From Yuukianura sp. NJ FZ-2021 (Eukaryota), in assembly GCA_046563655.1 (NCBI GenBank), contig CM102284.1:7316001-7380000 (forward strand): a stretch of 64,000 nt of DNA, in the 5' to 3' direction. The translations under genes were made by a program, and so were the position numbers. A model generated the notes under the pieces. It was not told the DNA's origin. It was given only the letters and a program-made list of their open reading frames with translations, and did not search any database. Below are positions 17,857 through 30,554 of the stretch, one piece after another (the stretch's first letter is position 1; each line of letters opens with the position of its first letter).

Positions 17857-20800
17857 ATGGAGGATCCTCCACCAATCGTTCCTTTGAAACGCTCCCGCTC
17901 CCCGTCTCCCGTGGAACTCCCTACGCCATATAAAAGAAGCAAAGTTGAAAAAGTTCCAGAAACTGAAACTGAAAAATCGTCAACCAGCCCCTTGTTTCAC
18001 TGGAGTGACAATCAAAATGATTCAAACAGCTCCAGCACCAGCGATTCCAATTCAGGTCACAGCAATGCTGAGACGGAAGAGAATACTAGAGGCCCTTCAC
18101 CAGTAAATGTTGTAGCAGTTGATTTTGATTCAGTAATCGCTGCTAGTGTGGATTCAGAAGAAGAAGATGAGGAAGTTGAAGCTGTAGATTTGAATGCAAC
18201 GATTGAATTGTCAGAAGAGTCGGAGTCTCAATCAGAATCTTCAGCTGAAGAAGAAATAGAAGTAATCAAGCAGAAAGAGAAGCCTAAACCAGAATCCAAG
18301 CGAAATCGTCGTAAAGGTGTCAACCAACGGCGCAATATCAAAGAACTCATTGGACAAGACAGTTTGGATGTTGCTACTTTGGCAGCACAAAAAGAAGAAT
18401 GGGCGAGACGAGAGCGAATGGCTGCAAAACAGAAAAGTCTTGGCATGTCCAGTCTTCCGCTGTCGATGGAACAAATCATGGAACGATTCTCCAGCGCTTC
18501 CTCGGTTGTGAGTTTAACCCACGTTGGCGGTAGTTCTGATGGAGACAAAAAGAAAACTGCGGCATCTTCATCTTCTTCTCGTGTTCAACAGCCAAAGTCC
18601 CCTGTGGAGGATGAAGTTGTGGTTCTTTCTTCGGATGAGGAAGATATTATTCCATGTTATGAATCAAAATCTACTAGTCAAAGTCAACAGATGAAGAGTA
18701 CCAAAGAAGGAGGCCCACCAGCACTTCTCCCGCTGTCGAAACTGTTTGCAACTTATGGCTCTGACTCTACTTCCAATCGATCTCGCTACAGCGGAGGAAC
18801 GATGATTATCAATCACCAAGGGGCTGATGTGAAGTTTGACGAAGACGAAATAGACGAGAGTTTGAAAAGCACAGAGGAATTGCAAGATGAGGACAGTGAC
18901 GATGACTGTATCGTGCTCAGTCCGCCACCACCGGATGCTGCTGATGAAGCAGAGAAAGACGAAGATGCTTTCAATGGTAATTGTTAAACCGAAAACTTTT
19001 AGTTTCAAAAACTTTTAGTTGAAATTTTTTATTATAGTTGGGACAATTTTTGATGCGTATAGTTCCAGATGAATTGGGCAGAGTACTGGTGAATGTTGGA
19101 CATCCAGCGGATGAGCCGGACATTTTTCTGTCACCCCAAATCGCTCGAGCTGTCAAACCACATCAGGTCAGTTTCGCGTTAAGTTTGGTACTGAATCAAT
19201 CGTTATTTGTAATACTAATGACGATTTGTTTTAGATTGGAGGGATTCGGTTCATGTACGACAATGTCGTGGAGTCGATTGAGAGATACAATAATTCTCCC
19301 GGATTTGGTTGTATTTTGGCACACTCGATGGGTCTTGGCAAAACTATTCAGGTAGTAATCAGTTCAGGAATGAAAGCGCGTTAATTTTGGTGTGAGAATC
19401 TAAACGTTTTGTTGGATCCACAGGCGGCTGCATTCTGCGACATTTTCCTAAATCATACTGGAGCAAATAAAGTACTTGTGATTGTCCCAATCAATACAAT
19501 CCAAAATTGGTTGAATGAGTTCAACTACTGGCTTCCTGGGGCAAAAGTGTGTTCAGAACCTGCAGAACCAACTCGTGCCGGAAAGAAACGCGGAAGGAAG
19601 GTCAAAACGGAAGCGGCAGTGGAAAAACTTGAAGTTGACGAATCCAGTTCACAACCGCCAGTATCACCAGCTGAAACTTCTCACTCAAGTGCTGATGACG
19701 GTGATGATGAGGCATCAAAATCAGCTCTGAAACCGGAAGAGACCTATTCAAGAAACTTTGAAATTTTTGTTCTCAATGAAACTGTGAAGAATTTGGCAGG
19801 TTCGTTAAGACTCAAACAAAGTTTTTTTGAAAAAACTTTTTTTAAGGAAAAATTGAAAATTGTTTGGAACTGTTGATTTTCGTTTGAATTTACAGCTAGA
19901 GGCAAAATAATTTCCGAGTGGTCAGAACGAAGAGGGGTTCTGCTGATTGGGTACGAAATGTATCGGATGCTGGCTCTCAAGAAACTTCGAAAGACTGGAA
20001 AACGGAAGAAGTCTTTTATTGATCTCCAACAAGAGGACAAGACTGCACTGGAGGAAGAGACAACACTGGACAAAATTTACAGCTGTCTCGTCGATCCTGG
20101 CCCAGATTTGGTCATTTGTGACGAGGGACACAAAATCAAAAACAGCGGAGCCAGTATTTCACAAGCATTGAAAGCAATTCGTACCAGACGTCGAATTGTT
20201 CTAACTGGTATGTTGCAATTTCTCATTTTTCAGTAGCCGTGTGCTAAAATCACAATCAATTCATGTTTTTGCCTTTTTTCAGGTTATCCACTTCAAAACA
20301 ACTTGATGGAGTATCATTGCATGTGTGATTTTATACGACCGAACTATTTAGGTACAACGTCTTTGATGTTTTTGAAATATTTTTTTTGAATAATTTTTTT
20401 GAAAATTGTGTCTCATGTGTTTGCAGGAACCAAAGCTGAATTTGGAAATATGTTTGAACGACCAATCATCAATGGTCAGTGTATCGACTCCACAGTGCAA
20501 GACAAACGACTCATGCAGTTTCGTTCTCACGTTTTGCATTCACTCGTCGAAGGCTTCGTGCAGCGTCGGTCTCACCTTGTTCTCCAGAGAGCTCTTCCAA
20601 GAAAAGAAGAGTGGGTGTTCCTGGTCAAGATGAGTCCAATTCAAACCCGCCTTTACAAGGAATTCATCTTGTTCATTCGACACCAAGCAGACTTGGGCAA
20701 CTCACCACCGAATCCAATCAAAGCCTTTGCCATTTGCTGCAAGATTTGGAATCACCCGGATGTCCTGTACAACGTTGTGGCTAAGAAGGAGAAAGTGAAT

Positions 20801-23800
20801 GAACAAGCAGTGCTGGAAGATCTGGAGGATTTGGCAGAAGAAGTTCAGAGTTTGAATTTGAAAAAGAAGAGAGGCGGAGGAGGTCGGAAGAGAAGCGATT
20901 TGTCCAGTAACAGCTCTGTAGCTGATGGTGTCCAGCAGGATGATGATTGGGAAGCATCAGCGCCATTACGCGGAATTGGAAAGGAGAAAGATATCAGCGA
21001 ATCAGCGCTGAGTTTTGATTGGAGCCTGGAAGCTTTCAAGGGATATGTTCCGAATGTGCTTGAAAATGGAACGAAGTTTGAACTACTGTTTACAATTATT
21101 GAAGAAACGGTGAAAGTTGGAGACAAGTTGCTGATTTTTAGTCAAAGTTTGTTGACTCTCAACTTGATGGAGATCTTTATTGGAATGAAGCTGGGATGGA
21201 TGAAGGGCAAAGAATACTTCCGATTGGACGGAAGTACGACGGGGCTGGAACGAGAACGTCTGATCAAAGAATTCAATAAGACGCCTGAAATTCATGTCTT
21301 CCTTGTGTCAACGCGTGCTGGAAGTTTGGGAATCAACTTGATTGGAGCTAATCGTGTTGTCGTTTTTGATGCTTCCTGGAATCCGTGCCATGATTGCCAA
21401 GCAGTTTGTAGGATTTATAGGTGAGAACCTTGATTTAAACTTCTACTACACATACATTTTGTATTGATGTTGCAGCATATTTGATCCGATTCTTTCGTTA
21501 TCTAGGTATGGACAAAAGAAACGCTGTCAAATTTATCGCTTCGTCACGGATTGTAGCTTGGAAAAGAAGATTTATGATCGTCAAATTACGAAACGTGGAA
21601 TGGCAAATCGGGTTGTTGACGAAATGAATCCGGATGCACACATAAGTACAAAAGATTTGAGTGGATCGCTTTTGCTGGAATTGGATGATTTGATGGCATT
21701 ACAAGATCTTAAAGTTGATCATGATGCAACTGAATTCGACGATCCGGTTGTACAACGTCTTCTTACTGTCGGCGGAGACAAGATAACAAAGGTAACGCTG
21801 AAATGTTCAAACTTAAAAAAAAGTTACCTTTTTCATTTTTTTTTGGTTTCCAGGCGCCATTTGAGCATGAATCTCTTCTGATTGATCGAAAGGAGAAGAA
21901 ATTGTCTAAAGCTGAGCGAAGACTTGCGCTAAGGAACTACGAATTGGAGAAGAAATCAACTTTGAATCAAACACTGACTCCGACTGGGCGTGTCAGTCAC
22001 GCAGCATATATGCAAAATAACTATGCAAGAACGGAATACGACGCACAAGTTAATGTTAGGACGATTGCTCCTGCTACACTGAGGCCAAGATGTAATGGTA
22101 CTACGCTGAAGGCTGGATTTAAGTCTGGATTTGCTGGAAGTCCAATATTCAGAAACGATGCTAATCTGATGAACGGAAAACAATCAGCGCAGCGATTTCC
22201 GAGACCAATGAATTCAGTATTTGGAAGAAATGATCCATTCGCAACACTTCAGCTTAAGAAAAATGGAATTTCAGCCCAAGTTATTGTGTTGAGAAAAGAT
22301 TCGTTTTTGCCTGATCCAAGTAAGAATTGACAATTCAAAAGTGAAAAATAATTTTAAACGAAACTTTTTAAAACTTCGAGTTGCTCAATTACTAATTGAT
22401 TTTAACTTGTAGGTGGAACGGCGCCGGATATTTACTTGAGGTCAGGTCAAAAAGTTTGTCTAATTCGAACCACTCGAGGAGCCTATCTGAAGTTGGACAA
22501 TGGAAAAATGGTGGCAGTACGAGATCGACTCCGCGGAGCGGCTCAAACAATACTGGACACAGTACCATCTTCGCAAGATTTGACAAAAGATCAAGCTTCG
22601 ATTATCATTCATTCCATTCTGCGGCCAAGAATTTCTTCAATTATTTCTGCCCAGCCACCGATTCCTCAGCCCAAGAGACAACTTACACGGAACAGAGTAT
22701 TTCCACAGACATTGGCACAAAAGAGCAATACAAAACCCACTGCGAAATCGTCACAGGCCGCGGCAGCACCGTCTTCAGTCGAGAAGATTCCTCCTCCGGC
22801 TGCTGCTTCATCCGCAGTATCTAAATCAGTTTCGCCAAGTTTCACTTACAATGATTTCCAGAATCAGAATCAACACAACTTGCAAATTACAAATCATCGG
22901 AACAGTTCTGGAGGAGATGTTACCATTTGGAGAAAAGACAATGCTGCCAGTAGTTCCAGTACATCAACCAGATCAGAGTCAATTTCTGGAGGATCAACAA
23001 CGGAAGAAGGTGTGCCGGATATTGAACTTATCAAGATCAATCCAAATGGAGAAAATCAAAGAATTGAACCAACACAACTGGAATCTGAACTTATGGGTAA
23101 TGCTAATACCCAGCAACCACAAGTCGATTCTGAGGTGCATGATCGTCCGCAACTTTCGCAACTTGATCCTGAGATTCACCGGAATACCCAACTCGTACAA
23201 TCGCAAATTGATCCAGAGATTCACCGGAGTACCCAACTCGTACAACTTGATTCAGAACTACAGCAGCAGCATAGGAATCCAATTCCCAACCCGCATGGGC
23301 CACTTGATTCTGATCTGCTGCGAAACCAGCAAGTACATCTTGGATCTGAATACTATCGAAACCATCACCAAGAACAACCAGACTATTACAGTTCATATCC
23401 ACCGTACATGGGAAGTGGACTGGACTCGTCACCAGCAATGTATCCGCCAGTCAACGATGTGAGTACCCTAATGGATGCTTTAGGAAGGAGTCCAATGAAT
23501 TCATCAAAATACAAAGATCAATACTATCCACCTCCACCACCACTTCCGCCAATGCCTACTCAATCATACAACTCCCTGCGTCCAAACAATTCTCAACATT
23601 ATAGGAACACTGACAGTCCGCTGGATCATCTCCGAAATACTGTTTCCCAAATACCACCAAGTTACAAGTATTCAGACGACCTTGCCATGGACTACTCGGC
23701 GTATCCTCCAGTACATTCACATTACTCGCCCAATCATCCTCAGCAGCAACCAAGAAACTCCATTCCAGAATCCTTGTACTCGAAACTCCTGCAGTCACAA

Positions 23801-24094
23801 GAGGCAATGTCAATGGTTCCACCTCCACCGTACAATCCACATCATCCAATGAGAAGCCCGGAATCGTCGATGTACGCTCCACCTTCACCATACTATGGCA
23901 GTCACAGTCACAACTTCTATGACTCTTCAGCATCGATGTATTCTAAACAGGGTTACGGTGGAATGAGCCAAGGCAACAGTTATCCATACTTCACAAACGG
24001 AGGAAGCGTCAGTGTGAATGAAAAACCGGCAAAGTCTATCTTTACTCCAGTCGAACAAGAAATACTGGATAGACATCGCAGAGAACTGCTCTGA
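17857..24094 (+). CDS. RAD54L2: Helicase ARIP4 / RAD54-like 2 (SNF2 family, ATRX-related)
   Basis: Exons 17857-18976, 19063-19166, 19235-19351, 19424-19799, 19896-20207, 20283-20351, 20427-21420, 21506-21791, 21854-22319, 22413-24094. Motifs [99 protein letters not shown]. Confidence 0.93.
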
Positions 24095-24394
24095 AGAGGA
24101 GCAACAAATGCTGGCGCAGCATCGTAAGGAGCCACGAAGGTAAATCTATTTATAAAAAAAACAGGAAGGTTGTTAGGTTGTATCCAAGGTTTAAATATTT
24201 TACGTGTCAATTAGTTAATTACAAGCAAATAAATAAGTTATAAGCATGTAGTAGTAACTTACGTAAATTGCAGTCAGAAGTCTTGTTTAGGCTTAAAAAC
24301 CGGTAGAAGCACAACATCTCCTCATCATGAACCCCAGTATTTCTAAACATAATGATGTAATAATAAAAAACGATTCTTTTTATTGTTTTACTCT

Positions 24395-26001
24395 TTAACA
24401 TTTTGAGTGTTGCGATTTGGAGTGAGTTGCGTTGATGTGTTCAGTCAAATTGGCTTGACGCATGAAACGTTTTCCGCACTGGGAGCACAAAAAACGTTTT
24501 TCGCCTGCGTGGGATTTAGATTTGAGGTGACGATTGAGGTCTCCTTTGGTTACAAATTGCCAGTTACATTCTGGACAAACTTTGGTTTTGGCTCCTGCTC
24601 CTGAAATTACACATTACATGAAATCTTGATAAAAAGTAAAAAACTGCAATGCTCTCTGGTGTGACTCAATTTGCGAAAGTTACTTTTTACCTTTGTGGAT
24701 GTAAGAAGTATGCCGAATTAGATGTGCTTTTTGTTTGAAAGACTTTGGACATGAGGGACAAGGAAACTTCTTTTCATCAGTGTGGACTCGGATGTGATTT
24801 TGAAGAACATTGTTCTGCGCAAATGTTTTTGGGCAATGCGGACACCTACAGAAATCAAAAACGAGTTGAGTTCTGGAAGATGAAGGTTTTAGTTGAAGAA
24901 TTTCAATCTTACGAGTAGGGGCGTTCACCAGAATGTATTCTTGAGTGAATGATGAGAGATCGTTTTTCAGTGAAACAGGAGTGGCATACGGAACATCTGA
25001 AATAAAAAACATCATTAGCTTGCTTGGGGAGAGAATCAGAAACATTGCTTGATTGCTTACCGATAGGGTTTCAAGCCTTGATGTGAAAGTACATGACGAC
25101 GAAGATTGGAAGATGTAGCAAATCGTGACGTGCATTTGGTGCACTCGAATTTCCTTTCCCCATTATGACTATTTGACCTTAAATGAACTGAAAACATTAT
25201 TGGTTAGGTTAAGGACAAGATCATTTTAGTGTCGAGTCGATGATTAGCTTTACCGTTGAGATTCCCCCTTGTTGAAAAGGAAGAAGGGCATTGATCGCAT
25301 TTAAAAGCCTTGTTTTTATGATTTTCCTTCATGTGTAGCTTTTGGGCCTTCTCTGTATCGAAAACAGACGAACACGAAGAACACTGCCATATTTTGTTTG
25401 GCTGATGTTGTACTGGAGCCACGATATCGCTCTCCTTTTCTTGTGGCTGTGCAGCGATTGTCGAATACTGTTGATCCAGCGAAGGGGCTTCGGCAAGGTC
25501 ATGGTTATTAGGTTTTATTTCGGACAAGAATTCCGTTTCAATCTCCAGACGAATCACATCATCAAGTACTTTGTCAATCACGACATCTTCATCTTCGGCA
25601 GCTTGGCCTTGCGTGCATCCTTTGGAATCTTGAAATGAGTTACCCACTTCCAGGACTTGTTCTTGAACATGGACATCGTAAGCAGCTTGACCACTGCTAG
25701 CTCCAGGAACCGTAGCGGAGCCTTCGTCTTCAGCTGTATTTCCGGTTGGCTGACGCTGAGCGTTCCTAATAGTGACGATATTTGATTGAATCTTGACTGC
25801 AAACGTGTTCCATAGGTCAGCGGCAGGAACTTTGTCTTCATCGGACAGTTGACAAAACAATTCCCAGGCTACGTCAAGCTAAAAATTAGGAAAGCAAACG
25901 ATCAAAATTAAAGTCCAATTTAACATACTGGCAATGAATTGGTGATCAACCTGATGTCGGAAGTCACTAAATGTTGCTGTTGACAAGATGACTTGATCCA
26001 T
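24395..26001 (-). CDS. C2H2 zinc-finger protein with 8 fingers and a non-finger N-terminal region
   Basis: Exons 26001-25951, 25878-25254, 25187-25061, 24996-24913, 24845-24691, 24600-24395 join in frame. Eight CxxC...H...H fingers with linkers such as HSGERPYS, HTDEKKFP and HAGEKRFL. Confidence 0.88.
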
Positions 26002-26576
26002 ATTTCCGGAACCGCCAGCAGAAGCGGAGCATAAACACCTCAGTAATCAATTAACCAACTAATTAGTTAATCCAGCATTTTATTAACATTTTTATCATTG
26101 TTATCAGCTGTCAATTTGTAAACAAAACAATACTTTTGGTACATCTGAGCGACACTCATACTACTTACTTATACCCTCCATGAAGGGCGTTCTAAATTTA
26201 AACGCATAAACAATATCGTGTTAATTAGTTGAGAAAGTGTGACAACAATAATTCAATTAAACTTTATAATATTCTATATTTAACCAAATTACCAAACTGC
26301 AATTTAACTAATAGTCACGATAATTCATACAGTTTAGAAATTGTATGCCCATATATGGCTAGTGTGATTTGGATGCAATAAGGCCCCGTTAGAAGAACCG
26401 CAAAAATTATTTTTGAATTTTTTCCCCGCTTTAAAATTTTTCATTTTCAAACGTTCGGCCTACGTTCAACGGTCAAGTTAGTCGTTTCTTTGTTAATTAA
26501 CTTTAGTTTCGTTAATTAATTACTAAAGTTTAGGTGAAACTACAGCGCTCCAGCATATAGAGAACCAGCGTACAAC

Positions 26577-28324
26577 ATGGAACCAGTTCTGATCGTACAT
26601 GGAGGTGCTGGAGACATCATTGATGAACGTATTCCAGGCAAGTTTGATGGAATGAAAACGGCCGTACGAATTGGGTATAAAATATTGAAAGATGTCGATG
26701 ACCCAGTGACAGCCGTGGAGAGAGCAGTCAATGTCATGGAAAATTTGCCTGCATTTAATGCCGGTAAGCACCTACAGTAAGCAAGCATATTTTGGATTAT
26801 GTCAAGTTAATCCAGGCAATAAGGTTAATTTTCAATTGAAAATTATTTTTTCATTTGAGGCTATGGCAGCGTTTTGACGGAGACTGGAGAAGTGGAAATG
26901 GATGCGCTGATTATCAAGGGAACTGACCTTAGTGCTGGTGAGCCCGATTGCTTCCATTAACCAATGAATTTGGTAACTTTTGGTGAATGTCAGGGTTTAC
27001 ATGAGTCTTGAACTTGCGGACTTGGTAACTGTTATTTCAATAACAATTGCAGGAGCTGTGGGAGCTGTTCGTCACATCGCAAATCCAATTTCGTTAGCAA
27101 GACTTGTAATGGAGAAGACAAGGCATGTGTTCATTGCCGGTTCGCCTGCGGAAAAGTTTGCAGTGGATAATGGCGTGCAATTAATTCCAACCCGTTGTCT
27201 CATTCCACCGCAAAAAGCAGGGTTACCATCCAACTTGACGGAATTTACTCCACCGAAAGTGTAAGCATAAACGTCGAATTCTTTCCTGTTTACCAGTGTT
27301 TTCTGCCAGTGCCCTTCGGCTCACAGCCGTTACGCATGGTTTAATAAGTGTTACCGTTACCGCGGGCGGAGTAAGGCAGAGTCGGCGTGTGTTAAGCGCC
27401 CATATCTCATCCCATATCCCATCCAATTGTTGTTGTTCCAATGTTGCCCGATTTGGCTACGCTTGGACAGAACTTAACCAAACCTAACTTGCAACAATGC
27501 AACATCAACTATTGGATGGAATACGGGATGGGATATGAACGCTTAACACACGCCGACTCTGCCTTACTCCTGCCGTTACCGCTAACGATAACCGGTTAAC
27601 GATATTACACTGGGTTTCATATACACTCGGTCCAGTGTGACACTGGGTTTGACATCAGTATTTGTCTGCGTAGAACGACGGAAACGTATTTCGATGTGGG
27701 CACCGTTGGGGCTGTGGCAATCAACTCCAAAGGTCAAATTGCAGCAGCTACTTCAACAGGTCAGAAAAACATCAGTTCTAATCGCTTGTGTTTCAAAGTT
27801 TACTAAACTAGTTTATTCCTATGATAGGTGGTTTATCTAAGAAAATGGACGGACGAGTCGGTGACACTCCTGTGTTGGGCGCAGGAACATACGCTGACGA
27901 CCACATCGCTGGCATGTCAGCAACAGGAATAGGCGAAGCTATCGTTCGTGCCAACTTGTGTTCAAGAGTAGCACACTTGATGCAAATGGGTTGAAATTCT
28001 CGAAATTAATGTTACATTAGTCTTAAATTTTTAAATCTTTATCATGAATTTTATTTCATAGGTAAGAGCGCTACTCAGGCTGGCCTGGAAGCCGTTGAGT
28101 TCATGAGTTCCAGAATTCCTGGAAGTGCTGCAGGGGTAATCATTTTGACCCCTACCGGCGAAATCGCTTATCCTCACAATTCAAACAGAATGGCATGGGC
28201 ATGGACCAAGGGAGAAACGTTACATTTCGGAATCAACCAAACTCAAGATTTCCAGGAGCCTTTAGGCGCTGATCCAGTGCCGTTCCCTCCTCCACCCAAA
28301 CCGGATTGCGCCAATTTCAGTTAA
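26577..28324 (+). CDS. ASRGL1: Isoaspartyl peptidase / L-asparaginase (Ntn hydrolase, ASRGL1 type)
   Basis: Exons 26577-26763, 26860-26937, 27053-27260, 27674-27759, 27828-27989, 28062-28324. Motifs VHGGAG, FNAGYGSVL, EMDA, NPISLAR, autocleavage site G|TVGAVA, TSTGG, GRVGDTP. Confidence 0.93.
27374..27564. mobile_element. Fold-back MITE (191 bp) in ASRGL1 intron 3, flanked by TA
   Basis: 27368-27398 is the exact reverse complement of 27540-27570 (31 bp), and the pairing extends imperfectly to ~80 bp. TA at 27372-73 and 27565-66 flanks AGGCAG...CTGCCT termini. Confidence 0.75.
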
Positions 28325-30554
28325 TCCTGCCCAACGCAATAATTGAAAGACATTAAAAACAAGATATGGGTAAGTGGGCCAACAAAAATGGAACTGATAC
28401 TAGGCTATGAAGAGTCATGCCTCTCTTGGTGATCAAAATACGGCGTAATTTGCACACAGAATGGCGTTTTCTGTAGATTTAATAGGATTTTAGTGCGTTT
28501 TGCACGTGCGAATTCGACCTTGGGAGAACCTGAAGGTTTTCTAGGGGTCGAATGACTGAAAAGTTATAACGGGTCGCTTTTTTTGCAACACAAAAGCATA
28601 AGGTTTTGACACAACTTCAAGATAGAACTAGAGGCGCCTAGAATCTACTTTAAGGCTGTGCGACGTTTAGGTTTGACTTGGGGGGAGGAGAAGGAGGTTT
28701 CAAAAATTTCGCAAACGGGGGAAAGTGACGTGGGGGTTTCTAGAGGATAAGTTTTTTTTGTCGTGCGCGTAAAAGAGAAGGAGACAGATCAAAGGGGAAT
28801 CAGATGTGAAGTTGTCTGTTCACTACTATTGACTCCAAGATTTTTCTTAATTGGTTTTATAAATCGTGTTAATTACTAAACATATTAACGGTTCACGGCG
28901 GTCGTTGAGGTCAACATTATCGTTCGACTCGTGGATCTCTTCGTGGTCTTGCATTTAGTTAACAGTTAATCCAGCAGCTGCCCTTGTCAAAGGCAATTGA
29001 CGAGAAAATCCAGGTCCTGGAACTCGGGCTCCGAATTAAGTATCGTCTGTCGTGTTCGACTACTGGGAGCAGAATCTTTTTAACCTAAAAGTAGGCCACT
29101 CTCTCAATCAATTAATTCAACTGTCTCGTAATACTACTTAATTATTTGTGTCATAATAGCAGTTAGTTCCTGTGTTGTGTAGACAGGGATTAGTACGTAT
29201 GGTTTATTGATCATTTCCGTAATTTCGTATCTTTTAATGACACTGTTTTGTTCTGTTCCAGATTTATCAATTGCTTCAAGTCAACGTTCGTAACTGGTTG
29301 GAACAACAGATCACACATTCCGAAGGCCACATCGCTGTCGCTGAGATACGATCTCCAAGGCCACTATCATTGGTGAATCGATCAGGAACGAAATTGTCAA
29401 CGTAAAACTATTGCATACGTAAGTCAAATGATTCATAAAGCTGGTAAAGCGATGCATTAGTTAGCGGCATGATTAAGAAGCATGACAGTTATAGTTAACG
29501 TGAATCGGAGATACGGTACTTGATACACTGCGCAGTTCTCAAGTGCAAGCTACCACCGTCCCAATTCCCTTGCTAAATTTTTGAGTTGTGGCCATGATAA
29601 CAGCTTGATACAGCTATGTAGCATCGATTGATTAAAACTTAGCACTCGGCCAACACTTGATAGCATGTCCGGTCCGAAACCGCACTTCATTATTCATCAA
29701 CCTAACCTGCTAATACACTGCTCGAGACGTGCAATTATTCCATTGAAGTGACTTTATCTGTGCTATCACGCGTTGTTAAAGTCTAGTACAACGGTCAAAG
29801 GTTAATCGATTAGTTCATTTAAGTTTGGTGTTGTAATTTCACCCAACTTTATGTGCAATCAAGCTCATAGTTTGACTTTCATCTTTGATCCTGAAATGAG
29901 AAAACAAGTTTTTTAGCCTTTACTCAAACTTTTCGACGTAAATCTGACAGTTGAAGATTTCAAAAGATCAATGTTAAGTTCATTGCGACACTTGGAAGGT
30001 GTGGGACTTATCGCGCAATAGTTTTCGTGTTTTCATTGTTTTGAACATAATCTTGCGTACAGTGCTAAAACGGATTCAAGGACAAAGGGTCCTACAATTA
30101 ACAATTTACAATCAAAAAACAGCAATTTCGTTGCACGCATCCAACTTTTTGTTAACGTCGTACCGTTGTACCGCTGTTGTTGTCATCCATGGCTGCCCTT
30201 AGGATTTAATCGTTGCCTTTCTGAGGCAGACTCTGTTAGTTGTCTTTCTTTCTTTGAGCAAAGAAGTTCATTGGCCGCAGATTGACGTGTGTCTTATACT
30301 TTGTACATGTGGATCTGTGCATACCACAATTAAAAGTCGCAAATTGAAAAGCATTTAGAATACGACTTTAGTTGAACTCCTAAGCATTTCATGCTTGACC
30401 TGTCGAAGTTCAGGTTTTTCAAATATTACTATAAAATACTTAGGAAAACATGACTCGCTGACCAAACTTGTTTCATCACAACTTCTTTTGTACATTTTTG
30501 CAGAGTACCCGGATCGATCCAGGATTAAAGCTTGAGGCTTCTTTTACCTTCAGA

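Noticed and set aside
24140-24145. Donor-like AAG|GTAAAT in the RAD54L2 3' UTR
   Set aside because: No convincing partner acceptor before the poly(A) signals.
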